Below, in pieces: positions 51,168 to 63,188 of a DNA stretch of 64,000 bases (positions are counted from its first letter, which is position 1; the number at the start of each line of letters is the position of its first letter). The position numbers and the translations under genes were made by a program. Location: the NCBI RefSeq assembly GCF_018977255.1, contig NW_024704742.1, positions 102,860,001 through 102,924,000 of the forward strand. The letters run 5' to 3'. The DNA comes from Callorhinchus milii (taxonomy: Eukaryota). The notes under the pieces were generated by a model. It was not told the DNA's origin. It did no database searches and saw only the letters and a list, made by a program, of their open reading frames with translations.

Positions 51168-51540
51168 AACAACAGCAACAAAATTACATTTATAGAGCGC
51201 CTTTCACGTTGGGAGGACGTCCCAAAGCGCTGAACAGTCAGGTGTCTGGGCCTGAGAATGGGAGAGGGTTGGTGTACAGGTGAGGGAAGGCAGAGAGGTG
51301 GGAGGGAGGCCAAAGGATCGGTCAAAGATAAGGGTCTTGAGACTGCCTTGAAGGAGGCAAGGGAGGAAGCGAGGCAAAGGAACCCCTGGGATGGAGTTCC
51401 AGAGTGTGGGGATAGAAGGCTGAAAGCCTGGCCACCGATGGTCGGGCGGGAGACATGGAGCAGGCTGGAGCCCGATGAACGAAGGGAGCGGACATGTTGT
51501 TAGGGAATCAGAAGGTCAGAGAGGTAGGAGGGGGCAAGGA
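51168..51540 (-). mobile_element. L2 3' end abutting the inverted duplication
   Basis: Tail aacaaaattacatttatagagcgcctttcacg and 3' ORF remnant. Confidence 0.85.
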
Positions 51541-52180
51541 TTATTTATTTTTATTATCTCAACTTGGTTTGTATACTCTTAAGCATGGTGAGGGTTTCCA
51601 CAAGTGTCAGACACCCGGCTGATGAAAAAAATCTTATGTTGCAATAGTCAGAACTGGACGTTGCACTCCAGGTTCACTCTGACCAGAGTATTGTACAGCA
51701 TGAGCATAATTTCTGGAAATCTGAGAAAGGATCTGGCAGTATAGCCATGTTTGTCTTGTTTATTGCTCACTTTTTTAAAATCGTGAGCAACAAGCCAATT
51801 AATACTCCAATTCTCTTACAATGTCCATCGTAGGAATTTCTATTCCTGCCATGGAGGGCACGTGCCTCCTATTTTTAAATATGCTAGGAAATCTGACTGC
51901 AATTTTAGAGATGTGGCATTGACTATCCCATTTCAGATTTCAGCATAAACACATGGCTGAATTGGAAGAGAATTACATCATCTAGTGGGCAAATCAGTTA
52001 GTGGATCAGAGACTGTGAAAGAGGGTGTTCTCGTTAGAAAGCTCTGATGGAGAGCGATGCAGCAGGATTAGAATGGAAAACATCACTAATACATTTATGC
52101 CAATGTTCCATTGAACTCATCCTTCTTTGCACGGATTCTTGGAACATTCAAGCAAGATAATAAAGTGTATGTAGTATTAT

Positions 52181-55013
52181 AAGACGTAGGAGCAGGAGTA
52201 GGCCATTCAGCCCCTCGAGCCTGCCCCACCATTTAATAAGATCATGGCTGATCTTCTAATCTAATTCCATTTATCTCCCCTAACCCCATATTCCTTAATC
52301 CCTCTATCCTTTAGAAATCTATCAACCTCAGCCTCGAATATGTTCAAGGATTGAGCATCTACAGCCTTCTGAGGTAGAGAATTCCACAAATTCACTACCC
52401 TCTGAGTGAAGAAATGTTTCCTCAACCCAGTTCGAAAAGGCTGACCCTTAATCTTGAGACAATGACCCCTAAGTATTAGATTCTCCAACCAGGGGAAACA
52501 GTCTCATGGCATCTACTCTGTCAAGACCCTTAAGAATCTTATAGGTTTCTATAAGATCACATCTAATTCTTCTATGTTCTGGAGAATATAGTTTACTCAA
52601 CCTATCCTCATAGGTCAACCCCTCATCCCAGGAACCAATCTAGTGAATCTACACTGCACTCCCTCTAAGGCAAGTATGTCCTTTCTTAAATAAGGAGACC
52701 AAAACTGCACACAATATTCTAGGTGCGGTCTTACCAAGGCCTTATACAACTGCAGCAAGACTTCCCTACTCTTGTATTCTAACCTTTTTGCAACAAACGC
52801 AACATAGCATTAGCCTTCCTAGTTACTTGCTGTACCTGCATACTAACTTTTTGTGAGTGGTGTACAAGGACACCCAAATCCTTCTGATCACTAACACTAT
52901 CTAGTCTCTCCCTCTCTAGAAAATATTTTTTTTCTATTTTTACTATCTAGGTGAATAACTTCACACTTCCCCACGTTATACTCCATCTGCCAACTTCTTG
53001 CCCACTCACCTAGCCCGTCTATTTCCCTTTGCATTCTTCGTGTGTCATCCTCACAGCTTCATCTCCCACCTATCTTCATATCGTCTGCGAATTTAGATAT
53101 ATTAAATTCTATTTCCTCATCTAAATCATTGATATAGACTGTAAATAATTGAGGCCCAAGCACTGATCTTTGTGGCACTCCACTAGTCACATCCTGCCAA
53201 TCTGAGAAGGACCTGTTTATCTCTACTCTCTGTTTTCTTCCTGTTAGCCACTCTCTAATCCATGCTAATATATTACCTTTAATTCCATGGGCTCTAATCT
53301 TATGCAACAGCCTTTTAAGTGACACCTTGTCGAAAGCCTTCTCGAAATCCAAATACACCACATCTACTGGTTCCCCCCTATCTAACCTGCTAGTTACATC
53401 CTCAAAAAACTAAGATTTGTTAAACATGATTTCCTTTTCGTAAAGCCATGTTGACTCTGCCTAATCATGTTATGATTTTCGAAGTACCCCACGACAACAT
53501 CTCTAATTAAGGACTCCTACCACTGATGTCAGACTAACTGGTTCTATAGTTCCCCATTTATTGTCTCCCACCCTTCTTAAATATTGGTGTTACGTTTGTG
53601 ACCTTCCAATCACTGGGAACCATTCCAGAATCCAGGGAATTTTGGAAGATCAAAAACAAAGCATCTACTATTTCTGCAGCCATCTAAGAGGATTTACCGG
53701 TTTTTAATCCCATCAATTCCTTTAGTACTATTGCTTTACTGATGTTCATTTCTTAAGTTCCTCACTAACATTAGCCTCCAGGTTCCCCTCTATTTTCGGT
53801 AAGTTTTCAATGCCCTCTAACGTGAAGACAGAAGCAAAATAATTGTTTAATTATCCCCGATTACCCCAGTGCTTGCCAGACTGCACTGGCTGCCTGTCCC
53901 AGAGAGGATCAACTTCAAGATCCTCACTCTTGTCTTCAAATCCCTCCACTCCTCCGCAGCCCCCTACCTCTCTGACCTCTCTCCTCACAACAGTGCCCGT
54001 TGCCTTTGCTCCACTGGGTCTGGCCTCCTTGTCCCCTGAATCCTCCACTCGACCATTGGCGGCCGTGCCTTCAGCCACTATGTCCCGAGACTCTGGAACT
54101 CCCTTCCTCACTCCCTTCCCCTCTCCCCTCTTATTTTCAGGTTTCAGCTGAAGACCTTTCTTTTCGACCACGCCTTTGGTCACCTTCCTCCCCCTCCCTC
54201 TGGCTTGGCCCCGGGATCTGTTACTGTGAAGCGCTCTGAGATGCCATTCGGGGTGGAGGGCGCTATAAAAATCTGTCGTCGTTGTTGTTAATGACTCTGC
54301 CATTTCTTTATTCCCCATTATAATTTCTCCTGTGTCTGCTTGCAATGGACCCACATTCACTTTTGATAATCTCTTCCTTTTTATGTACTTGTAAAAACTC
54401 TTACAATCTGCCTTTATGTTCCTAGCTAGTTTATCCTCATAATCCATTTTCTTCCTCTTAATCAGTTTCTTGGTTTTCCTTTGATGTTCTCTAAAGCCCT
54501 CCCAATCCTCAGGTTTACTGCTCTTCTTGACAGTATTATAGGCCTCTTCTTTTAATTTTATACTTTCCCAAACTTCTCTAGTTAAGCAAGGTTGAACCAC
54601 TTTTTTCGTGGTATTTTTATTTTTTTCAAGGGAATATGTGATCGCTGGGAATTATGTATTATATCTTTAAACGTTTGCCATTGCTGGTCTACCGTCATTT
54701 TTTAAATCTAATTTCACAGTCTATTTTAGTCAAATCTTCTCTCATACCCACAAAGTTGGCTTTATTTAAATTTAAGACCCTTGCTTCGAATTCAACTATA
54801 TCACTATCTAATTTAATGCTAAATTCCATCATGTTATGGTCACTCTGCCCAAGAGGAGCCTTAACTTCCAGATTGCTGATTAGCCCTATTTCATTACACA
54901 AAACAAGATCTAGGATCGCCTGTTCCCTGGTTGGTTTCTCAGCATACTGATCTAGAAACCTATCTCTAATGCATTCTATAAACTCATCCTCTAATTTACC
55001 TTGCCAATTTGGT
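52181..55013 (-). mobile_element. 5'-truncated CR1-clade LINE in CDO1 intron 2 with a nested L2
   Basis: ORFs PTREQAILDLVLCNE, VYLDFEKAFDKV...SGVPQ.SVLGP.LF..YINDLD...FADD, FFTQRVVNLWNSLP. Boundaries are defined by the empty site at 30410/30411. Confidence 0.92.
53852..54287 (+). mobile_element. L2 3' fragment (second tail subfamily) nested in a CR1
   Basis: Closely matches 9890-10330; TTAAT duplicated at 53847-53851 and 54288-54292. Confidence 0.9.
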
Positions 55014-56426
55014 TTTGAAGCAGCAAGCCTTAACAATTTAGTACTTAGATTTTGGGCAATAATAATAATAATTTATTTCAATTTATTTTAGTTATTTATT
55101 TTGATTTATAATAATAATTATTTATTTTAGACAGCATCATATACATAGCTGTACTATAAAAAAAGTAATAATAATAATCCTTGCATTTGATATAGTGCCT
55201 TATCATGTCTTCGAGCATGTGAAAGCCCTTCACAAAATATATTGTAAAGTGAATTGACTATTTTTGTAGGTGAAACACAAATAGACTTTAGATATTTTGT
55301 ATATCATATTACTAATAATTCTGCTCTAAAGATTGCGACAAGGTTAAGCTTCTGTTAAGAGGACATGACAGTAATTCACATTTGCATCTTCTTGATGAAA
55401 AACATCAGCCTAATAAATAATCCTCGCATTTGATATAGAGATTTATCACAGCAAAATATCTCAAAGTGCTTTGCAGAGTTTACTGTAAAATAATAATAAT
55501 CTGCCTGAAAACTTTCCTTTTCGACTGTGCTCGCAGTCACCTCCCCCTCCTCACATCCCCCGGTCTCGGAGTACTGTTAAGCGCTCTGAGGCTCTACCCT
55601 GAGTGGAAGGCGCTATATAACAACAACTTGCTGCATGTTGTTGTTGTATTTTAGAGTTGTATTATTCCATGTGGCAGAGTGTTTTAACATGTGAGCATTT
55701 TAATTGCTTTCTATGATTACTTCTGACCAATTAATCCCCCTCCCCCATTAGTGAAGGAATGGTAATTTAAAAAAACTTGAAGATTCTTATAACATTTAAA
55801 TTTGTGTCCTCATCTTTCCAAACACTGGCAATTATTTTGATTTTGTGTTTTTACTTGACCTCTAGAAACCATCTGTGGGAAATGACATTCTGTGTAGGCA
55901 CGGATGTCAAGACATCACTGTATAAGTATTGGGTTAATATCTAGAAGTTTGTATATGTATATTCTTTAGTCAGAATGCGGGGAGGGGGTGTCAAGCTGAT
56001 ACTCAAGTTTGACTGTAGTGGAAATTTAGTGATGAGCTTGAATATGGCATGATTTTGTTCCTTTTTTTGTGTGATTCTGCTACTGTTACTTGGTTTGTGG
56101 AGAAATCCTCTGGGGAGCATGGTGAAGAGATGTCCACATATACTCAGTCAGGTCTGAGCAGATCCAGAGCCGAAACAACTGACCATTCTACATTACTCTT
56201 TGCATCTGGAAACTGTTTTACTTCCTGAATAGTTTAAGAAGCATAGCTTATTCAAAAACACAATGTTTACAAAAAGATCAGTTGCAGAGTCTTCCCAACC
56301 ACAAAGGGTATTTATACTATTTCTCTGCAATAATGTCATGAAAATGTTTCTACTATCACTGACTGCTCATGTTCAAAATATTTGAAATAATTCCTGCATG
56401 TTTTTTTCTCCATTTTTCACATGTAG

Positions 56427-56581
56427 TGCTATCCATGATCACACCAATTCTCACTGCTTCTTAAAGATTCTTCAGGGAAATTTGAAGGAAACTCTCTTCA
56501 GTTGGCCTGATCCTGGCAAAAAAGAAATGGTTAAGAGGAGCGAGTCAATTCTGGAGCAAAACCAAAGCACTTATATGAGTG
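56427..56581 (+). CDS. CDO1: CDO1 coding exon 3 ([51 protein letters not shown])
   Basis: Acceptor ttttcacatgtAG, 155 nt, donor GTAAGG; Fe ligands H86 and H88 and cross-link residue C93. Confidence 0.97.
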
Positions 56582-57795
56582 GTAAGGTATCCATCTTTAA
56601 GTAACATATCCATGAGAGAAATGTAAATCTGTGCACTAGGATCACCAGGAATTCCTTCTTTTACATTTGTTCCCTATTCAACACTGGCGTTAAAGTAGCG
56701 CAGCAATCTTCTTCTAGTAATCGATCATTTGATTCCTGACTGATTGACTATGGTTGATCTGGATGAAATATTTTCTTAAGCACTGATATGTCCATGTATT
56801 AAATACAAAAATGTACAAGTTTTCTTCTCTCTGTCTCTTCCACCTGCTCACCCCCCCCCCCCTTACAATCTCATTGTTGCATGTATATGAAAACCTGCTT
56901 GAGTATTGATTCAAATGAACTGGTTCTTGAGTAGCCTGAAATTTACCACATTTATTTTGTTGGTGAAGGGAGGTGGGCAGTGGGAGAGAGAGGATGACTA
57001 CGACAACAACAGCAACTTACATATATATAGTGCCATTCAAGAAGAGAGCAGAGTCCAGCCAGCATATTAAATGAAACTACAACAACAAATTACATTTGTA
57101 TAGCGCATTTCACATCAGGAGGACCCGAAAGATGCTGGACATTTAGTTTCTAGCTTGCGATTGACCATGGACCTTCCTAGATCTCCAGCCATAAAATAAA
57201 CTGGAAACCTTGACTTTCTGGAGTAAGCTGTCATACAAAATTACAGACTGAGTAGGGAAAGTAACTTACTTGATACTGCTACGAATAGTTGTTGCAGACA
57301 ATCTGCACTTAATGAGTTGGATCTGTGGCCAGAAAACCCAGTGTGCAGCACTGCCAACAATCGGCTTTAGCTTGTTGTACTGGCTGCGGAGAAGGATGAA
57401 GATCCACTTCCAGGGTGAGGAATGCCATAAGTTTGTCCCCAGTAGCTGCACATTGAGGTAACTGAGTTAACAGTAAGCAAGCAATGGGCATTCAGGTGCT
57501 ATATTTCAATGGTCCCTACTGCACAAACCCAATTCATGATTCACTGTCATTCATATATTGTAGTCGAGCCATCATGGGGTGGAACTGATGTATCCTGCTT
57601 TGATAAAAGACTACACATAAAGCAAGTGAAGCTGCTACTATCTCAATAAACACTGTTTCTTCTGATTCTCAGTGTTGGCTGGTAAATTGTATGTCTTTCT
57701 TGGTGCTTATGTGATTTGAAAAGCATGTTTGCCAACCATCATTGACCTGGTTTAAAATTAAAATTGATTTATGTCTGTGTTCCTTTGTCTTCCAG

Positions 57796-57965
57796 ATACT
57801 ATCGGGTTGCACCGAGTTGAGAATGTGAGTCACACAGAGTCTGCTGTCAGTCTTCACTTGTACAGTCCTCCATTTGATCACTGCCAGTGCTTTGATCAAA
57901 GAACTGGGCATAAAGCCACAGTGAAGATGACATTCTGGAGCAAATTTGGAGAAAGAAGCTCTCAT
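57796..57965 (+). CDS. CDO1: CDO1 coding exon 4 (DTIGLHRVENVSHTESAVSLHLYSPPFDHCQCFDQRTGHKATVKMTFWSKFGERSSH)
   Basis: Acceptor ttgtcttccAG, 170 nt, donor GTAAGT; H140 and the S153-H155-Y157 triad. Confidence 0.97.
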
Positions 57966-57971
57966 GTAAGT

Positions 57972-58115
57972 ACTGCATCCCCCTTTAAAATTGTACCATT
58001 TATCTTCTATTGCCTCTCCTCCCAATATGCATCTCTTCACACTTCTCGGCATTAAATTCCATCTATCATGTGTCTGTCTATTTCACCAGCCTGTCGATGT
58101 CCTCCTGCAGTCTGC
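57972..58115 (-). mobile_element. Short CR1 internal fragment just after the CDO1 exon 4 donor
   Basis: Similar to 4020-4170 (ccccttta..attgtaccat...attgcctctcc...tttcaccag.ctgtc.atgtc). Confidence 0.7.
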
Positions 58116-61100
58116 TATTCGGAGCAAGTGCTCTGACACTCTACGCTGTGAGGAGGGACTATATAAGTGCAAGTTGTTGTTATTGTACAAGCCACATGAA
58201 CCATTGATTTAATTCATAACCTGAGGCTGTGTTTGGAATGGGAGTGCTACTTATTAAAGAAAATGTAACCTTACTAAGTTAGCATTACAGCCTTTGATTG
58301 ACATATAAGAATAGCTATGGTGTTTTGGAACACCCAGACTTAATGGAATGAAGGAGAGTCAAAGTTTGGAGTTCAGTGATCTTGAATACTTGTACCTGAT
58401 GAGGCTGGTTCTGTAGATTTCATTGCAGTGGTGTCCTTGATCAAAAGCCAATCCCTGATGTTGCTGTCCATTCATTTCCATATCCTACATGATGGATGCA
58501 GATCTAGTAGTCTTGGCTCATACTTCTTCCACTGAAAGTACACCCAATAAGCAAGTTACATATAGAATGCACGACCTACCTGGCAATCCAAGTCCGTTGA
58601 GAGGTCAAGTGGGAGCTGTAGGTTAACTGGTGGCAAGTTGAGTACAAGTGACACTTGCAATGTGGGTGAAGAGACCAAACTTTTGGTTGAAGCTCTGCTA
58701 TGAGACAACCATGACTTTGTTTCTATCTTTTCCCTACTCCTTCAGTGAGGAGTACTGAAATTATGGAATGTAGTATTAGATGATTGAAATAGCTGAGCAG
58801 GTAGTTAGCATCTGGGCTTTTGTATTTGTGTAACGGCCTTTCAAATCTTGGCAGTAAACCCATGGAATTGGCAGTATTCATTTGTTTGTATGAAAAAAAC
58901 TGCTCTTTCATCTATGTTCCTTGCTGATCCACAGCTCAGATACTGGTGAGGTTACTTATCTTGGGCATTTTAAGCAGGCTTGTTAGGCTTCTTATCTGGT
59001 GCTTGAAAGTTTCTAACTCTGGATTTCCATTTTAATAGTAATTTGAACTAATGTGCTAGGACTTTAGGTATGATGCTGCCCAACAATAGAGAATATTTTT
59101 CCTCCTATGTTGTCACTTAGAATTAAACCAGCTTTAGTTAATTTTCCTTTCAATTTTAAGACCAGTAAAAAGTGACGTTTTATCAGAAGCATTATATTTA
59201 GATGTGTAAATATTATCTAGAACCAAAAATTATAGTGATTTAAACACTATTCTCTTCAAATGAATTTAGTTGGCATATATAGGCAGCAGACCTTGTTCTG
59301 CTACAGACCTGGCACCCAGCATTGGAAACCCTCTTCATCTTTGGCTGAAGGAAGCATAGCAACTGGACAGTGTATGGGGGAGGGGAAGAGGCATTCTTCC
59401 TCTACATCTAAATTCAAGAAAAAAACAGTAGATGTGATAAAAGCTGGACTTGAATTGTTTAAATCAGAGTGTGATTGTTAGTTTTCATGTGCTGTGTAGG
59501 ATCAAAATGTGTTCACTTATGGAGGGGGCAGGAGGTGTCGCAGTAAATTCCATTGTATTGCAGCCCCCTCACTGGCCTCTGTTAACCACACACTCCAGTG
59601 AGTTGGATTCTGCTGTGGAATTTTGAATTGCACTTTCATAAAGGCACAAAAATGCAATTTTTAAACTATCTATTGTGCATCATACCACTTTTCTTCACAT
59701 TGTCGGTCAGAACAGCATTACAGTAGTCCTGGAATTAAGGATAGAAGTGATCAGGTAGAGTTGAGTGTCTTTGGGATGTGTGTCCAAGAGACTCCCTGCC
59801 TACAGACACCAAGGGAGAATAAGGAAATGGAGATTGTGCATCTGTTCCACCATACAGGTTTATTATGTTGAATTGAAATTGCACAATAAAATTCTAAGTT
59901 TTTTTTAATCAAAATATCAAAAGATTGATCAGATTCTACACCATAATCTAGAACTCTCATTAAAGTTTAGGCTGCAGAAAATGTGATGTTTAATTATCCA
60001 TTGCAGGCCATTAAAATGGAACAATTAAGACACTTTGTACTGGACAAAGCACACCATGCTCAGTTTCAACCATAATTGAGTTCATGTTATCTGTGTTTTT
60101 GTTTTATTCTTCACTCCCTGCAAATGTATCCCCCAGTTAGTGAGTGATGACAATGGTGCTGTGCCTTCTTCCAGTCACTAGGCTGTAAACAAGAGTACAT
60201 AAGTGTCTTGTTGTTTGTAAACCCATGCGTTTCCCCTTAATCTCTTAAGTAAACTTTACTTTTGCTCATTTTCAATCACTGAATCAAATCACAAACTTGC
60301 TGAATGGGAACTTATAGGTGAATTTTGTCATATTTTGTTTTGCCCACAAAATATACAGTCAATTCACTTTACAGTACATTGTGTGAAGTGCTTTGAGATG
60401 TCTCAAAGACAGGCGCTATATCAAATGTATTATTGTATTATTGTGTGTTCAAGCTGATGACCTACCACCTCATCTTAGTCCATCATTGCTAAGCACTGCT
60501 GGTCTAATTCATTCACATTCAAACATGTGAATTAATTTCATCTATAATTAGAATAATACCGCTGTTCTGCAAAAGTCATTGCTCTACACTTATTGCAGTT
60601 AAGACGATGTGGAGTATCTATGAAGTAGGTGAGGAGTATCTATGCTGTTGGCATCATTATATAGAGAGATGGTTGGGGAGGTTGGAGGAAGCTCCTTCAC
60701 CACTCAGACTGGCTCTTACTCTTGTATATCCATATGGGAATTTCATCCCTTTTTTCCAACGTGGGTCTTTCGGTGTGTCGGAACATAGATTTAAAGCACT
60801 AGATTTTTGTTGTTTTTTTAAAGAAAAGCTCTCTCTATGGTGGAATGTGAAAAATTGGTCAGATTTGGAAAAAAGAGTGCCCTGAAGTTATTACTTACAG
60901 ATGGTCTTGCTTCTGCCAATGCAGTTGAAGTCATGATCCTATTTGGGACCTTATATTGTAGCAAATTCCTTGCTGAGAAGATTGGTGTGTGGAGAGAATT
61001 TGAAACCACGCAAACTTTCTTTTTTATAAGATGAATCATCAGACAAATTCCAGGCAACATGAGCATGAAAATCAGTGCTGAAATGTGATCCAACTGCATG

Positions 61101-61638
61101 TGACATAAATTACCTCCTCATTATACAGCAAACATTGTTTGCATTATTTTCAGCAGCAGCTTGCAGTCATTACAGTAGTTTATTTGCTTCAAGTATCATG
61201 TAGGACAGATGTTGAATTCTACAAGATTTTTCACATTTCCACGTTCCTTTCCAAATAAGGACTTCAAGCAAAGTTTGTGAATCAGAGAGTGAGCATTCCG
61301 TCTAAGATCTGGACAGCTTCTCTCATAGCTCCCCTCTTCTGACTCCTGTCCATCCCACTCCCCTCTTCCAGTTCTAGTCTACTGCTTGTTCCTCACCCCT
61401 CTGTTCTACCATCAGTGGCTGGACCTTCAGCCACTATGCCAGTGCTCTCCGAAGCCCTTTAGCAGAATATCTTCACAATGATTTGCTCTTTCTTACTAAA
61501 AATCGCTCATTGACCATGCTTTGGGTCAACACCGTTAAACTCCCCTGCTTTGTAGCAATTTGAATTATTCATCCCACATTTAAGGCACTATATATGCAAA
61601 TTATTGCTGTAGTCTAATTTTGAATTGTATTAATCCAG

Positions 61639-61668
61639 CAGACAACTGTGTGTCAAGAAAACAACTGA
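61639..61668 (+). CDS. CDO1: CDO1 coding exon 5 (QTTVCQENN*)
   Basis: Acceptor ttaatccAG; ends ENN-TGA like mammalian CDO1. The spliced CDS totals 603 nt, i.e. 200 aa plus stop. Confidence 0.9.
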   Translation, partial: QTTVCQENN

Positions 61669-61877
61669 TGGATTCATGGGGACCACTGGACTTGCTCAAT
61701 GGAATTTCTATATAGCCTGCATTTGCATCACCTTCCAGTTGGATCCTGAAGCTACAAATGTCCTTATTGTACTTAGCTTTTGGAAAAACATGCGATTGTA
61801 ATCTGAATCATGAATTTTTTAAAAAAAACTCATATAGTAATTACTGGGACTAAAGCTGATTTTGTTTTGTGTACCTG

Positions 61878-61887
61878 AATAAATAAA
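61878..61887 (+). terminator. Candidate proximal CDO1 poly(A) signal (overlapping AATAAATAAA)
   Basis: About 210 nt after the stop codon, followed by GT-rich tgtgtgtagtg. Confidence 0.55.
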
Positions 61888-62386
61888 TGTGTGTAGTGAT
61901 TACACTCCTGTACGCAAAGGAATTTAGAGGCGGTCTTCATGAATATTTTCCTTAGAGATGTGCTGTCACTAGTCATGAGTAGTGCTGAAGTGGCATGCTC
62001 TATTTAAATGCAATTTTGTTGTAAATGAGAAAAAGTTGGTGCACTTTAATTTAAGAAGGTGCCTGTTAACAACCCTCACTAGATTTTCCTTTTCATGGAA
62101 ATGTCATATGAATGTCATTTCTTTCACACTTTAAAATTGTTGATATAAGTAGAGACAACTTCTTTAACATTTTGGAGACCCTTCTTTACTGTGCTTGCAA
62201 ATTGTAATGTGTTATTTCATGGGATATTTTACTGTCACACAACCACTATATGTCAATCAGTACATTTTGATGGTTTTGAAACCCTTTGTCGATGTTTCAT
62301 TTAACAATGTAAAGTAATTTTCAAATATATATTTTGATAACTGTAGTTTTTATTAAAGATTGGATGTTATTTTTGGCAGTTACTTT

Positions 62387-62392
62387 AATAAA
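62387..62392 (+). terminator. Candidate distal CDO1 poly(A) signal (AATAAA; ATTAAA at 62352)
   Basis: Lies at the end of an AT-rich 3'UTR-like stretch, followed by T/GT-rich sequence. Confidence 0.5.
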
Positions 62393-63043
62393 CCATATAA
62401 ACCTTATTTGTGTAAATGTTTTAAGTAATGTTTGTGATTGTTAACATTTCAGTTGTGATTATATTGAAGGATGTGAAACAATGAGCAGTGGCTCAATCTG
62501 TAGCTAAAATTGATAGAAAATAATAGATTCTGCCTATATTGTACTGGAGAATTCATGATGGTCTTGGTTCAAATCTTCTCACCAACCTTCAACTGCCTAA
62601 TATAATACAGGTGACACATTATGATTCAGCTATTTATCTGAACCTTAGCCTGTTAAGTATCAGTAAATCATGCTTATGAAAATTTATTATAGGCTGAAGG
62701 TTAAGGATTTTCTGATAGAAAATAAATCGTACCTTAATTAAACCCCCTTTCGGGGATTGATCACAAGCAGCTGTTTGGGCGTTTGACGAGTTTTTATTTT
62801 GGGGTTTCTTTAGGACAGTTCTCAAACTTTGTCATAGTGTGCCTTCCTAAGATGAGCAAAACAACAATTGTGTCTCTGCATAGTTTACTTACTAAAACAA
62901 TACAAATAACTGAGAATCCTAAATATGAATATGAGCGATAAAATAGAAGAGCTTTGATCAACATAAGTTTTATTTAAAAATATAAGTTCAGCAACCACTC
63001 GGGACTGGAATAAAGTGGCCTTTATGTAAGGGTGGCCAAAGTG

Positions 63044-63188
63044 GACCCATGTGTAGATTCCCACTAGACTCAGCACATTTACTAACACTGTCTCATTGGT
63101 GAAGCGGGAAGCTGTGAGCATCACGTGGGCTGCTCATGCAGGTTTTGGTAAATGCGCTAAGAGTCTAGCATGAGTCTATACATAGGGC
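63044..63188. repeat. Imperfect palindrome / MITE-like element
   Basis: Arm 63044-63090 is an imperfect reverse complement of arm 63141-63188. Confidence 0.6.

Noticed and set aside
53851..54600. 249-aa minus-strand ORF as a novel gene
   Set aside because: It is a fusion of a CR1 ORF2 fragment with the antisense strand of the nested L2.
61666..61780. Selenocysteine or readthrough at the CDO1 TGA
   Set aside because: The stop falls at the conserved ENN* end, I see no SECIS-like element, and the downstream frame has no recognisable features.
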